From NCBI GenBank assembly GCA_010909165.1, contig VJWM01000193.1, forward strand, positions 310,001-374,000: a stretch of 64,000 nucleotides of DNA. Direction: 5' to 3'. The DNA is from Anthoceros angustus. Lineage: Eukaryota; Plantae; Anthocerotophyta. Shown here piece after piece: positions 23,587-33,236 of this stretch. Both the position numbers and the translations under genes were made by a program. The notes below the pieces were generated by a model. The model was not told where the DNA came from, did no database searches, and saw only the letters and a list, made by a program, of their open reading frames with translations. The first letter of the stretch is position 1, and every line of letters starts with the position of its first letter.

Positions 23587-24189
23587 CTAGAAAGGCTATT
23601 CAAAGGAAAATCTCAATACAATTTCAAATATTGGTCCCATGATACATATATAGACCAAATTCTATATATTTCTCGATAAAGAGAATAGCAAACTAGGGTT
23701 GAGAGGAGAACCAAAAACGAAATCTTAGCACAATTTGAGATATATGGCCCAATGACACATATATAGACTAAACTAGATATATTTCTCGACAAACGAAAAG
23801 CAAACTAGGATCCACTATTATTTTTTCTTCCTCTACCAAATAAAGGAAATGATTTTGAGTATTGGAAAAACATCAAAGGAGAAGAAAAAAGAAGTTTCAG
23901 TATAATTTTAAATCCACCCGCTATATAACGCTACTGTCTCAATCTCGCAATCAATGCTTCACAGAAGGCCGGGCGTGGCATGCCATGCTCGCCCATCACG
24001 ATGCTCTCTCATCGTGGTATACTTTAAATGCAACACCATGTACAGTCCATACAGGATGTCATCGCCGTATTTTGCCCAAAGACGCACAACCCCAGATACG
24101 CACTCCACCACAACGAGGTTGTGATGTAAACCAACCATGCTTGATTTTAGAACCGCGCGAGTATGAACTGAGCGCGGGTGTCTTAAACA

Positions 24190-24355
24190 AACCATCCCAA
24201 AGACAAAGCAGTTAACCTAAACCAAGCACCCAAAGACAAGATTAACCTAAACCAAGCACCCAAAGACAAACAGTTAACCTAAACCAAGCACCCAAAGACA
24301 AACAGTTAACCTAAACCAAGCACCCAAAGACAAACACATTAACCTAAACCAAGCA
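24190..24355 (+). repeat. ~32-bp tandem repeat x5 (GTTAACCTAAACCAAGCACCCAAAGACAAACA), MULE subterminal
   Basis: Directly visible, abutting the left TIR. Confidence 0.9.
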
Positions 24356-24449
24356 TTCGGCGTGGCGTGCTCATGGAGTGTCCTGAAGGTGCAATTTTGT
24401 GGCTTGGTCAATTCGCAGAATCTAACTTGGCGGGTTTTGAAGGATTTGA

Positions 24450-27030
24450 AGATTGCCTACATTCCATGGAATAGAGTAGAAGATTTCATTTCGGTGAAGG
24501 CTTCAAATGTGCTGCAAGTTTCTATCTAAGGATTCAAAGACTCAAAATTCACTACCACCACCAATTGTGCCGTCCATGAACCGCAATCACATATATCGTA
24601 CTTTACGCAACTTCCAAGTTCTCTACACTAATTTCCGACCATTTGGGTTTCCGGCTTGGTGGCCTCTCCATGTGCTTTCTTTGCCTTAAGTTGAAGCCAA
24701 ATCTTGGTATTTGTCATGTGTGTTTCTATGTAGGTATTGGTGTTCATATGGACGGAGGATTTCAGCCGCTACCACACCCAAGAATGTGCATGAAGACCGG
24801 ATGTATGGCCAATTTTGTTGTGAAGCTTCTTATTCTGAAGTTGCTCGATCCTTCTTCATGAAGAGGCGACGAGATCGAGCGGGTGATACCATCTGTCATG
24901 TGGGACACCCTAAATTGTCTAGAGCTCCTTGGATCTCGAAGAGAAAAGGATTGGGTTAAACATTGTCTTTATTGCAAGGTATCATGTCGGAGATTGTCAC
25001 GTCGGCATGTTGCGATTGTGTACGAGAAGATGAGTCACTACATAGGACATGAGCGTGGTGGTGACGTCGAGATGACTACATGCAGCGCAAGGATGTGTTG
25101 AACATGAAACGACAAGTGGAAGCGGGTGAGTGGAAACTAGACCACGATGATGTAAAGTCCATCGAGATGTGGCTCAAAGTGAATGTTGACCTTATCTTCC
25201 ATAGATCGAACCCGTGAACCTTTTTAGGGTTGCAAACTCCTTTCATGCGATGTTCATCAAGCATGGTAACAATAGTGTGTTAGCCATGGACGCCACATTT
25301 GGTATGAACAAGTATAGGTACCACTTATTTACGGTGATGGTTTTGATCAACACCTTAATGGTATTCAGTTGGCAGGCACTAACACGAGGTTACTACCGCA
25401 CGAGGTGATTCGATATTAATTAATTAAAATTAGTAAAAGTTGAAAATCCGAAACTATGATACTTAAAATGTTGAATAGGTAAAAATTTATGAATTTATGA
25501 TGCCGAAAATAAGGAAACTAGGGTTTGTGTGGAAAATTAGGGGCTATTTAGGGGAGATCTATACATATCCATTAGTTTTATATATATACCTATGTATTTA
25601 ATAAATATTTAAATTTAATAAAATTATTTTTTTGTAAATATTGAAATTTTGAAAAATATAAATATTTATGTTGAACCTTATTTGTTTTCAAAAAATAATT
25701 ATTTCGGCATTATCCTGTTGAACCACCCCTCGGGGTACGGTATACTTTCTTTGGTATCATGGTTGACGCCACTCCGACATGTCGCTCTTACAACATGTGC
25801 AACATGGGTCCCTAGTTGCTTCCTAGTTGATGATTGTTTAGCAGAGATAGGTGCCTTTAAACAGTATGGGGGCCAACATACATGTTGTGTTGTGTCTATG
25901 GCATGTAAGGAAGGCTGGCAAATAAACCTTTTAAAGAAGGTAAAGTGCATTATTGCAAGGAAGAAGATTTGGGCAGCTCTTGCGGAGATCATGTATGTCG
26001 AGGCCATAATACGCAAGATGGTAGTCATGGGGTAAGGTATTGTTAGAGTTCTTCTACAAGGAGTGGCATGGAAGTCAACCACCTTTGTTGAGTATTTCAA
26101 GAAGCGTGGTGACTCTATAGGTATTATTCTTTGCCCAAAGTGCACTAGTTTCTTTGTGCGTAAGGTTGCTTGAATGGATGTTTACATGGTGTCATGTGTG
26201 TAATAATGTTTCGCATTTCGTTATGCCGACATGTGGTTGAAGAACTGCAGGATGTTTCCCATGGACAAGATACCACGCCGGAGGCCTTTCATCGATTCTT
26301 GAAGGAAAGAGTATCTTTTACCAAGGCTGCGTTGCGAAGGCGTATGGATTGGCTTCTTCATCAACTTGTGAACGAGGTAGCACATTCGGTACCTTGATTT
26401 CACCAAGACGGGGTTATGTCGAATTTAAAACTCGAGAAGGTATATGAGCATGTTTTGTCCATGAGCACCATCCTGCACGAGGTCATATTCCGTCAGAATG
26501 GGTCTCGTTGCATATTGCATGTCCTCTGAGGATAGTGACAAGGTTTACGTCATTGAGGCTGCACATTCTCCATGGGCATTTTGTACTTGTGGGATGGGGC
26601 AGAAAGGATTCATTTGCAAACATGTTGTGAAGGTGCAACATGTATGTGGTATATTTGAACATACTTCCCAGTTATTGCGCCTTGCTTGGTGTACCAATGG
26701 ATCTTATGTTCGGGCACAAGAAGAAGGAAGAACATTACCTGACCTAAATCTTGTTCTGGAGAATGAGATATCACATGATAATCATGTTCGGATACAACGG
26801 CTGTCACAATCGTTGTCGCACATCTTCCCATCAACCTGTAGCTTGGAGGAGTTGAAGTCGAAACGACGCCGAGACTTGGATGCAATCAGATGGGGTATTC
26901 CAAGCATTGTGGAAGCCAAGCTCGCTATTTTGTTTGAGGTCTGCGCAATAATGGAACAAGCACAACATCGTATTAGGGAAGTTGCACTGTGGACGAGGCC
27001 TCAAGCGATCCGGTATTAGAGGAGTTTGTT
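24450..27030 (+). pseudogene. MULE transposase with SWIM zinc finger, frameshifted
   Basis: IAYIPWNRVEDF; SVLAMDATFGMNKYRYHLFTV (first catalytic D); WVPSCFLVDDCLAEI; SWIM WAFCTCGMGQKGFICKHVVKV. Confidence 0.85.
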
Positions 27031-27126
27031 CCAATGACGGACCAACCGTTAGTGCGTTTCAAGGGCATTGAAGAACGCTCAAGACCAAGAAGAAAAAGTG
27101 ATTACTTTGTGACACCTTTAGGCTAA

Positions 27127-27483
27127 GGGCTGAAGAATTTTGCAATCGAGGGCTGAAAAATTTTGCAATCGAGGGCTGAAAAATTTTGCAATCGAGGGCT
27201 GAGGAATTTGTTCAGAGGAATTTGTTCTGAGGAATTTGTTCTGAGGAATTTGTTCTGAGGAATTTGTTCTGAGGAATTTGTTCTGAGGAATTTGTTCTGA
27301 GGAATTTGTTCTGAGGAATTTGTTCTGAGGAATTTGTTCGAGGAATTTGTTCGAGGAATTTGTTCAGACTGTTTGACCTTGTATAGCCCGGACTTCTTTA
27401 CTAGGATGTTTTACAAATTAGTACAATAATGAAGGCTCTTGTATGGCTAGAAGGCTCTTGTATGGCTAGAAGGCTCTTGTATG
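27127..27483 (+). repeat. Cluster of minisatellites: 23-bp x3, 14-bp (GAGGAATTTGTTCT) x~12, 19-bp (GAAGGCTCTTGTATGGCTA) x3
   Basis: Directly visible inside the MULE, downstream of the transposase. Confidence 0.9.
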
Positions 27484-27899
27484 GCAATTTCCTACCGAAC
27501 AGTTCGATTCAAAAATACGTCCCATCCACGATGTCCCCGCCTTTGCTAGTTGTCCTCCTCACTTTGGTGAACAGACATCAAGACTCCAACCGGCGGTTTA
27601 CCGAGGTCACGAGTACCGAGATAGCTGGGGCTGGCCAAGTGCATTTCCAGTTGTGACTTATACGAGCCTCGCCTCCAAGCGCTTTACTGCATCATTTCTA
27701 GGGCCCTGCAAAGATGAACCTACAAAACACTTCCTCCCCGCACAATCAAAATGCACTTCCAGGGCATCCCACATACTAGCGATGCAATGTTTATCGCCAT
27801 ACTCGGCTCATCACCCACTGCATTTGACCCCGAACTTGCCATCCACCGGAATGGAGCCGATCACATCACTCATCGAATTTGAGTGGCGAAGAGCCATCG

Positions 27900-28355
27900 A
27901 CGACCGCGGCGTCCCAACCCGCCACATCCCCCACCCCGCCTCCCAAGGCCGCCCAGCCTGCCTCCCCCGCCTCCCAAGGCCTCCCCCGCCCCGCGGCCTC
28001 CCGCCTGCCTCCCCCGCCTGGCCTCCCCCGCCTGCCTCCCAAGGCCGCCCAGCCCGTGGCCTCCCGCCTCCCGGCCTCCCAAGGCCTCCCCCGCCTCCCC
28101 CGCCCGCCTCCCCCGCCCGCCTGCCTCCCCCGCCCGCCTGCCTCCCAAGGCCTCCCAGCCCGCCTCCCGGCCTCCCAGCCCGCCCCTGCGCCTCCCAAGG
28201 CCTCCCAGCCCGCCCGCCCCGCCCCTCCTCGCGCCCCGCCCCTCCACCCCGCCTCCCTCCCCCGCCCGCCCGCCTGGCCTCCCCCCCGCCTCCTCGCGCC
28301 CCGCGCCCTCCCTCCCGTCCTCGCGTCCTCCCAGATCGCTCCCGCCTCCCGCCTT
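27900..28355 (+). repeat. Very C-rich low-complexity tract (CCTCCCAAGGCC / CCGCC units) abutting the right TIR
   Basis: Directly visible. Source of several Pro/Gly/Arg-rich shadow ORFs. Confidence 0.9.
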
Positions 28356-28629
28356 TAGTTTGAGACACCCGCGCTCAGTTCATACTCGCGCACGGTTCTA
28401 AAATCAAGCATGGTTGGTTTACATCACAACCTCGTTGTGGTGGGTGCGTATACTGGGGTTGTGCCGTGCTGGGCAAAATACGGCAGTGACATCCTGTATG
28501 GACCTGTACATGGTGTTGCGTTTAAAGTATACCACGATGAGAGAGCATCGTGATTGGGCAAGGCATGGCATGCCACGCCAGCCTTCACACGCGCGAAGCA
28601 TTGATTGCTTCGGAGATTGAGACGCAGGC

Positions 28630-28786
28630 ATATAACGCCAAGGCCATGTTCGACAATGTTTGAATTGTTTTCGTCATCAACATCTTTAACAGTCACTTAT
28701 TGCCTTGGCCAAAAGTTGTGCTCTCTGGACACGTCAACGTGAATAAGTTGGCAAGAGTCCATATCCTTGCTTATTGTTCCGTCCTG
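28630..28786 (-). pseudogene. Second partial copy of UBC coding sequence, split by the MULE (other half 23909-23931)
   Basis: 28639-28786 is near-identical to 22311-22458. The empty site AAATCCACCCGCTATATAACGCCAAGGCC matches AAATCCACCTGCTGTATTATGCCAAGGCC at 22289. Confidence 0.9.
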
Positions 28787-28791
28787 TCCAT

Positions 28792-28990
28792 TCTCTTCTC
28801 AGATTTCCAACTTTGCATTCTATCTGAAGTACAACAACTCTTCTCAGGTTTCTACCTTTGCATTCCATCTTAAGTACAGTAGCTCTTCTCAGATTTCTAC
28901 CTTTGCATCCTATCTTAAGTACAGCAATTCTTCTCAGGTTTGTACCTTTGCATTCTATCTAACAGTGGCTTCTCGGGTTTCTGCTGTCGC
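28792..28990 (+). repeat. 45-bp tandem repeat x~4.5
   Basis: Unit approx. CTCTTCTCAGATTTCTACCTTTGCATTCTATCTTAAGTACAGCAA. Confidence 0.85.
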
Positions 28991-29360
28991 ACTCTATTTG
29001 AATTGAGTAGTACGAACAGGGCAGGTGAACAGGACGTGCACCACATGCTATGCATGTTAATGAGAGCTGTGCAGTCCTGGAGAGCTGGGCAGGTGAACAG
29101 GAAATGGACCACATGCTGTGCATAGAATGCCGCTTCCGGTTCACCCTTGTGCATCCTGCGTGAAGGCAAGGACAACCTCCACCCCATCATGGGCTGCAGG
29201 GTGTCCTCGCAGCTTGGATTGCTGGGATTGTTGGAAAGCTAGACCCTAGAGAAAATCTTCCAGCGAGAGTTCGGTATTAATAAATTCCTGGAGTCGCATG
29301 TGGCACACATGTACTCATCCTTCGTAATTAGCCGAGCGAACTACTTCAACTTGAGCCTCC

Positions 29361-32300
29361 TTAGAGTACATGGTGTTCACTTTTCTCGGCATCCTCCTTG
29401 TGCCCAACCAAAAAACTGTGCACTAGCCCATCCATGTCTGTCCACCAGCTCTGGCCTGGCTGCTTCCATGCCTCGATTCCTCTTCTCCTTGCCTGCATCT
29501 CCAGGGCCTCCTCCCACATCTGGGCACCTGCATATATGCTTGACATGGCCACATATGCGCCAGCATCTTTCTTGTCCATGCTCACTGCTTGATAAAAAGC
29601 ATGGTGTCCCACCTCGACATTGCTCCACTTTCGACAAGCACTCAATAAAGTGTGCCACAATGCAGCATCAGGCAGTACAGGCATTGTCTTTATCACAGAA
29701 AGAGCCTCATCCAGTTTGCCTGCACGACCTAGGAGGTCCACCATGCATGTGTAGTGCTCCACCGTGGGCAATGTGCCACAGTGTTTACTCATTGCCTCAA
29801 AGTATTCTCGTCCCTTGTTCACCAGACCTGCATGACTGCATACTTTTAGAACACTGAGGAACGTGACGCCGGTTGGTTGTACGCCATCCTCTTTCATTCT
29901 GTGAAGCAGGTCAAACACCACTTCACTATTGCCCTGGCAGGTGTAGCCTGCAATCAGGGCATTCCAAGCAACGACGTCTCTTTTGGGCAATGCCTCAAAT
30001 ACCTGCAGTGCATCAGCTGTGCTACCCACCTTTGCATACATGTTCATCAAACTGACGGCTACAAACTCATCTGCCTCAAGCCCATGTTTCACAATCTGCG
30101 CATGAAGCTGTCTTCCCAGATTAAAAGCTGCTACATTTGCACATGCCTGCAGGAGGCAGACAAAAGTTGCAGAATCGGGTGCAACGATGCATTCTTCTTG
30201 CATATCTTTGTAAAGAGAAAGTGCTTCCTGTCCCATACCCTGCTGGGAGTATGCTGCTATCAACGTGGTCCATGTCACAACATTCTTTTCACCAAGGCCG
30301 TCAAACATGCCATGAGCGTCCTTTAAGCTGCCACACTTTGCATACATGTTAACCAAAGCGTTGGCTACAACCACATCAGCTTCAAGTCCAGATTCCCTGA
30401 TTTGCCCATGAATCTGTTTCCCCTTCTCCAAAGCCAGGGTGCCCACCCCTGCACAAGCTTGAAGAAGGCACACAAATGTAACAGAGTCGGGTGCAAAGAT
30501 GCCTTCTTCTTGCATATGTCCGTACAGAAGGAGGGCTGCCTGCCCCATGCCCTGCTGGGAATATCCTCCCATGATGGCATTCCATGTGACCACATTTTTC
30601 TGACCAAGTCCATCAAAGACGACCTGAGCATCAACTAAGCTGCCACAATTCACATACATGTTGACCAAACTGTTGGCTATGAACGAATCAGCCTGAAGAC
30701 CTCGTTTTCCAATTTGTGCATGCAGATGCCTGCCATACTCCAAACCCTGGTTGCCCATACTAGCACATGCCTGCAAGAGGCACGCAAATGTTACGGAATC
30801 AGGTGCAAGAATGTCTTCTTTCTGCATATCCCTGTACAGGTGAAGGGCTTCCTGCCACATACCCTTCTGGGAGTATGCCGCTATTATGGAATTCCACGTC
30901 ACCACATTTTTATGATGAAGCAGGTCAAAGACATGCTGAGCATCCGATATGCTGCCACACTTTGCGTACATGTTCACCAAACTGTTGGCGACAAACTCAT
31001 CAGCTTGAAGACCTCGTTCTGCAATCTGGGCATGAAGCTGCCTCCCACTTTCAAACGCTGGGACACCCACACTTGCACATGCCTGGAGGAGGCCCACAAA
31101 TGTCACAGAATTCGGTGCAGTATCGCCTTCAAGTTGTTGATAAATAAGAGTGTAAAGATGATGAAGGGCTTCCCGATCCATGCCCTGCTGGGAATATCCT
31201 GCAATTAGAACAGTCCATGTGGCCACATCTTTTTTCAGAAAGCTGTCAAACACTCCTTGCGCGTCTTCCAAGCTGCCACACTTGGCATACATGTTCACCA
31301 AACTATTGGCTACAAGCACATCAGCCTCCAGCCCTAGTTCTCCAATCTGTGCATGAAGCTGCTTCCCCTTGTCTAGAGCCGGAGCGCCCACACTTGCACA
31401 TGCTTGCAGGAGGCACACAAATGTCACAGAATTGGGTGTAGCCATGCCTTCTTCCTGCATGGCACTGTAAAGACGAAGGGCTTCCTTCCCCATTCCCTGC
31501 TGGGAATATCCTGCCATAAGAGCAGTCCACGTCACCACAGTTTTCTTATCAAGTCCATCAAACACGAGCTGAGCATCCCGTAGGCTCCCACATTTGGCAT
31601 ACATGTTTACCAGACTGTTGGCTACAAACACGTTACCCTGAAGCCCTCGTGCTTCAATCTGTGCATGGAGCTGCTTCGCCTTCTTCAGAGCTGGGATGCC
31701 CACACACGCGCATGCCTGCAGGAGGCACACAAATGTCACAGAATCAGGTTCAGCAATAGCTTCTCCTTGTAGTTGCATGGTATTGTAAAGGCTAAGGGCT
31801 TCCTGACCCATTCCCTGCTGGGAATATCCTGCTATGATGGCATTCCATGTCACCACATCTTTTCGAGGAAGGCCGATGAACAGTGCTTGAGCGTCTTCCA
31901 ACCTGCCACACTTGGAATACATGTCCACCAAGGAATTAAAAACAAACATCTCGGGCTCAGGCTCAAGCCTAGCGGCCAACACATCAGCATGCACCTGCTG
32001 CCCAGTTTTCACGTCTCCTGTCCTTGCACAAGCCTGAAGTGCTGCTACAAACACATGGCCATCTGGCTCCACACTTGACGTACGCATCCTATGATAGAGT
32101 TGTATGGCCTGGCCAGCTTGTCCATGCTGCACATAAGCAGACATTATGGCAGACCAGGTAAAGGCATCTGGTTTGGGGATGACGGTGAACACATCCATCG
32201 CCTCGTGCATGCAGGCATGCGAAGCATACATCCGCAGAACCTGATTGCACAGGAAGGTGTCCGACCCGCATCCCGTCTTCACGATAAGAGCATGGACGCG

Positions 32301-32792
32301 TCGACCTAGACCAAGACAATGCTTGTCCAATACACAGTGCTTCAGAAGGGTGCAGAAGAGAGATTTGGAAATGCAGCAGTGAGTGTACACAAGAAGACCC
32401 AAAGCCTCAACAGCCTCATTGAGCTGGCCCTGACGACATAGCTTCCTCACGGTTTCAGCCGTCACGCCACTTTGGTATCCTGCAAACTCACAGACAGTCG
32501 CAGTGGCAGGCAGGCTCCAGTTGCTTTTCGAGGCAAGCTGAACAGTCTGGACCTCCCGGGACTCTCCACTGCTCCTGCTGCTCTTCTTCTTCTTGTCGTG
32601 CCCACTATCCCAACAAAGTGTGGGCTCCCAAGAACATTGTGGCCACAAGAGCTCTTGACGGCTAATACACCCCTTGCTGCTGATGAGACATGCTTGTCCC
32701 GCTCCAGCCAGGCATCCTGAACGTTGCTTGCTTACGCTCCTGCTACCTGAAATAAACCCACCACTTTCAACGCTCCAGACAAGCTGCACCAT
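29361..32792 (-). CDS. PLS-class PPR protein (~9 P-L-S triplets + E1/E2 + truncated PG-box, no complete DYW); organellar RNA-editing factor candidate
   Basis: Intronless ORF with repeated VVTWNAIIAGY / SVTFVCLLQACA / VANSLVNMYAKCG motifs, S2 EHYTCMVDLLGRAG, E1 LWHTLLSACRKWSNV and PGQSWWTDMDGLVHSF, then a stop. First ATG 32792 with a transit-peptide-like N-terminus. Confidence 0.95.
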   Translation of the reverse strand: MVQLVWSVESGGFISGSRSVSKQRSGCLAGAGQACLISSKGCISRQELLWPQCSWEPTLCWDSGHDKKKKSSRSSGESREVQTVQLASKSNWSLPATATVCEFAGYQSGVTAETVRKLCRQGQLNEAVEALGLLVYTHCCISKSLFCTLLKHCVLDKHCLGLGRRVHALIVKTGCGSDTFLCNQVLRMYASHACMHEAMDVFTVIPKPDAFTWSAIMSAYVQHGQAGQAIQLYHRMRTSSVEPDGHVFVAALQACARTGDVKTGQQVHADVLAARLEPEPEMFVFNSLVDMYSKCGRLEDAQALFIGLPRKDVVTWNAIIAGYSQQGMGQEALSLYNTMQLQGEAIAEPDSVTFVCLLQACACVGIPALKKAKQLHAQIEARGLQGNVFVANSLVNMYAKCGSLRDAQLVFDGLDKKTVVTWTALMAGYSQQGMGKEALRLYSAMQEEGMATPNSVTFVCLLQACASVGAPALDKGKQLHAQIGELGLEADVLVANSLVNMYAKCGSLEDAQGVFDSFLKKDVATWTVLIAGYSQQGMDREALHHLYTLIYQQLEGDTAPNSVTFVGLLQACASVGVPAFESGRQLHAQIAERGLQADEFVANSLVNMYAKCGSISDAQHVFDLLHHKNVVTWNSIIAAYSQKGMWQEALHLYRDMQKEDILAPDSVTFACLLQACASMGNQGLEYGRHLHAQIGKRGLQADSFIANSLVNMYVNCGSLVDAQVVFDGLGQKNVVTWNAIMGGYSQQGMGQAALLLYGHMQEEGIFAPDSVTFVCLLQACAGVGTLALEKGKQIHGQIRESGLEADVVVANALVNMYAKCGSLKDAHGMFDGLGEKNVVTWTTLIAAYSQQGMGQEALSLYKDMQEECIVAPDSATFVCLLQACANVAAFNLGRQLHAQIVKHGLEADEFVAVSLMNMYAKVGSTADALQVFEALPKRDVVAWNALIAGYTCQGNSEVVFDLLHRMKEDGVQPTGVTFLSVLKVCSHAGLVNKGREYFEAMSKHCGTLPTVEHYTCMVDLLGRAGKLDEALSVIKTMPVLPDAALWHTLLSACRKWSNVEVGHHAFYQAVSMDKKDAGAYVAMSSIYAGAQMWEEALEMQARRRGIEAWKQPGQSWWTDMDGLVHSFLVGHKEDAEKSEHHVL

Positions 32793-33236
32793 GGCTGGCA
32801 GCAGAATCCTATACCCAAGGACGGATATCACGTGTGATCATCTTCCAGAGGATGTCTCCTCGTTCCAGCATGGTGGTGAACATGCAGGCAATAAGCGGCA
32901 GCTTGGACGATAATCGTAATCAGTTTGACAAAAAGCATCGTCATGCACATCTCAGAGCACAAGGACAAGAAGGTCATGAATTTGTGGCCAACAAGCTTGG
33001 TGAACATGGATGCAAATTTGGCAGCTTAGAAGGTGGGCCTAGATTTTTTTATGACACCAAAGCTTGTTACGATTGATAGGCTTTAATTCCTTGTGGTAAT
33101 GCAGTTTCACGTGCATGTTGAGAGACATCGCTTACCGGCTCCCGAGATCCACTGAGAAGAATGAAGAGTTCAAACGCACTAGCTTTGAGCCTAGACCGTG
33201 TGTGCAGCACCCCGGAGATAGTCCTTTTACAGCTGG

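Larger units (their letters stand above)
23932..28629 (+). mobile_element. Mutator-like (MULE) DNA transposon
   Basis: ~260-270 bp TIRs (23932-24188 / 28358-28629), 9-bp TSD ATATAACGC (23923-23931 and 28630-28638), internal MULE transposase remnants. Confidence 0.9.

Noticed and set aside
23587-23910. miR399 target sites in a PHO2-like 5' UTR
   Set aside because: Only a partial CAAAGGAGA match (also at ~19916); no full TGCCAAAGGAGA..GCCC complement found by eye.
24190-27483. CRISPR-like arrays
   Set aside because: The 32-, 23-, 14- and 19-bp repeats are head-to-tail with no unique spacers, in a eukaryotic transposon context with no cas genes.
27653-28401. Pro-, Gly- and Arg-rich ORFs on both strands
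   Set aside because: Shadow ORFs of a stop-poor C-rich low-complexity tract.
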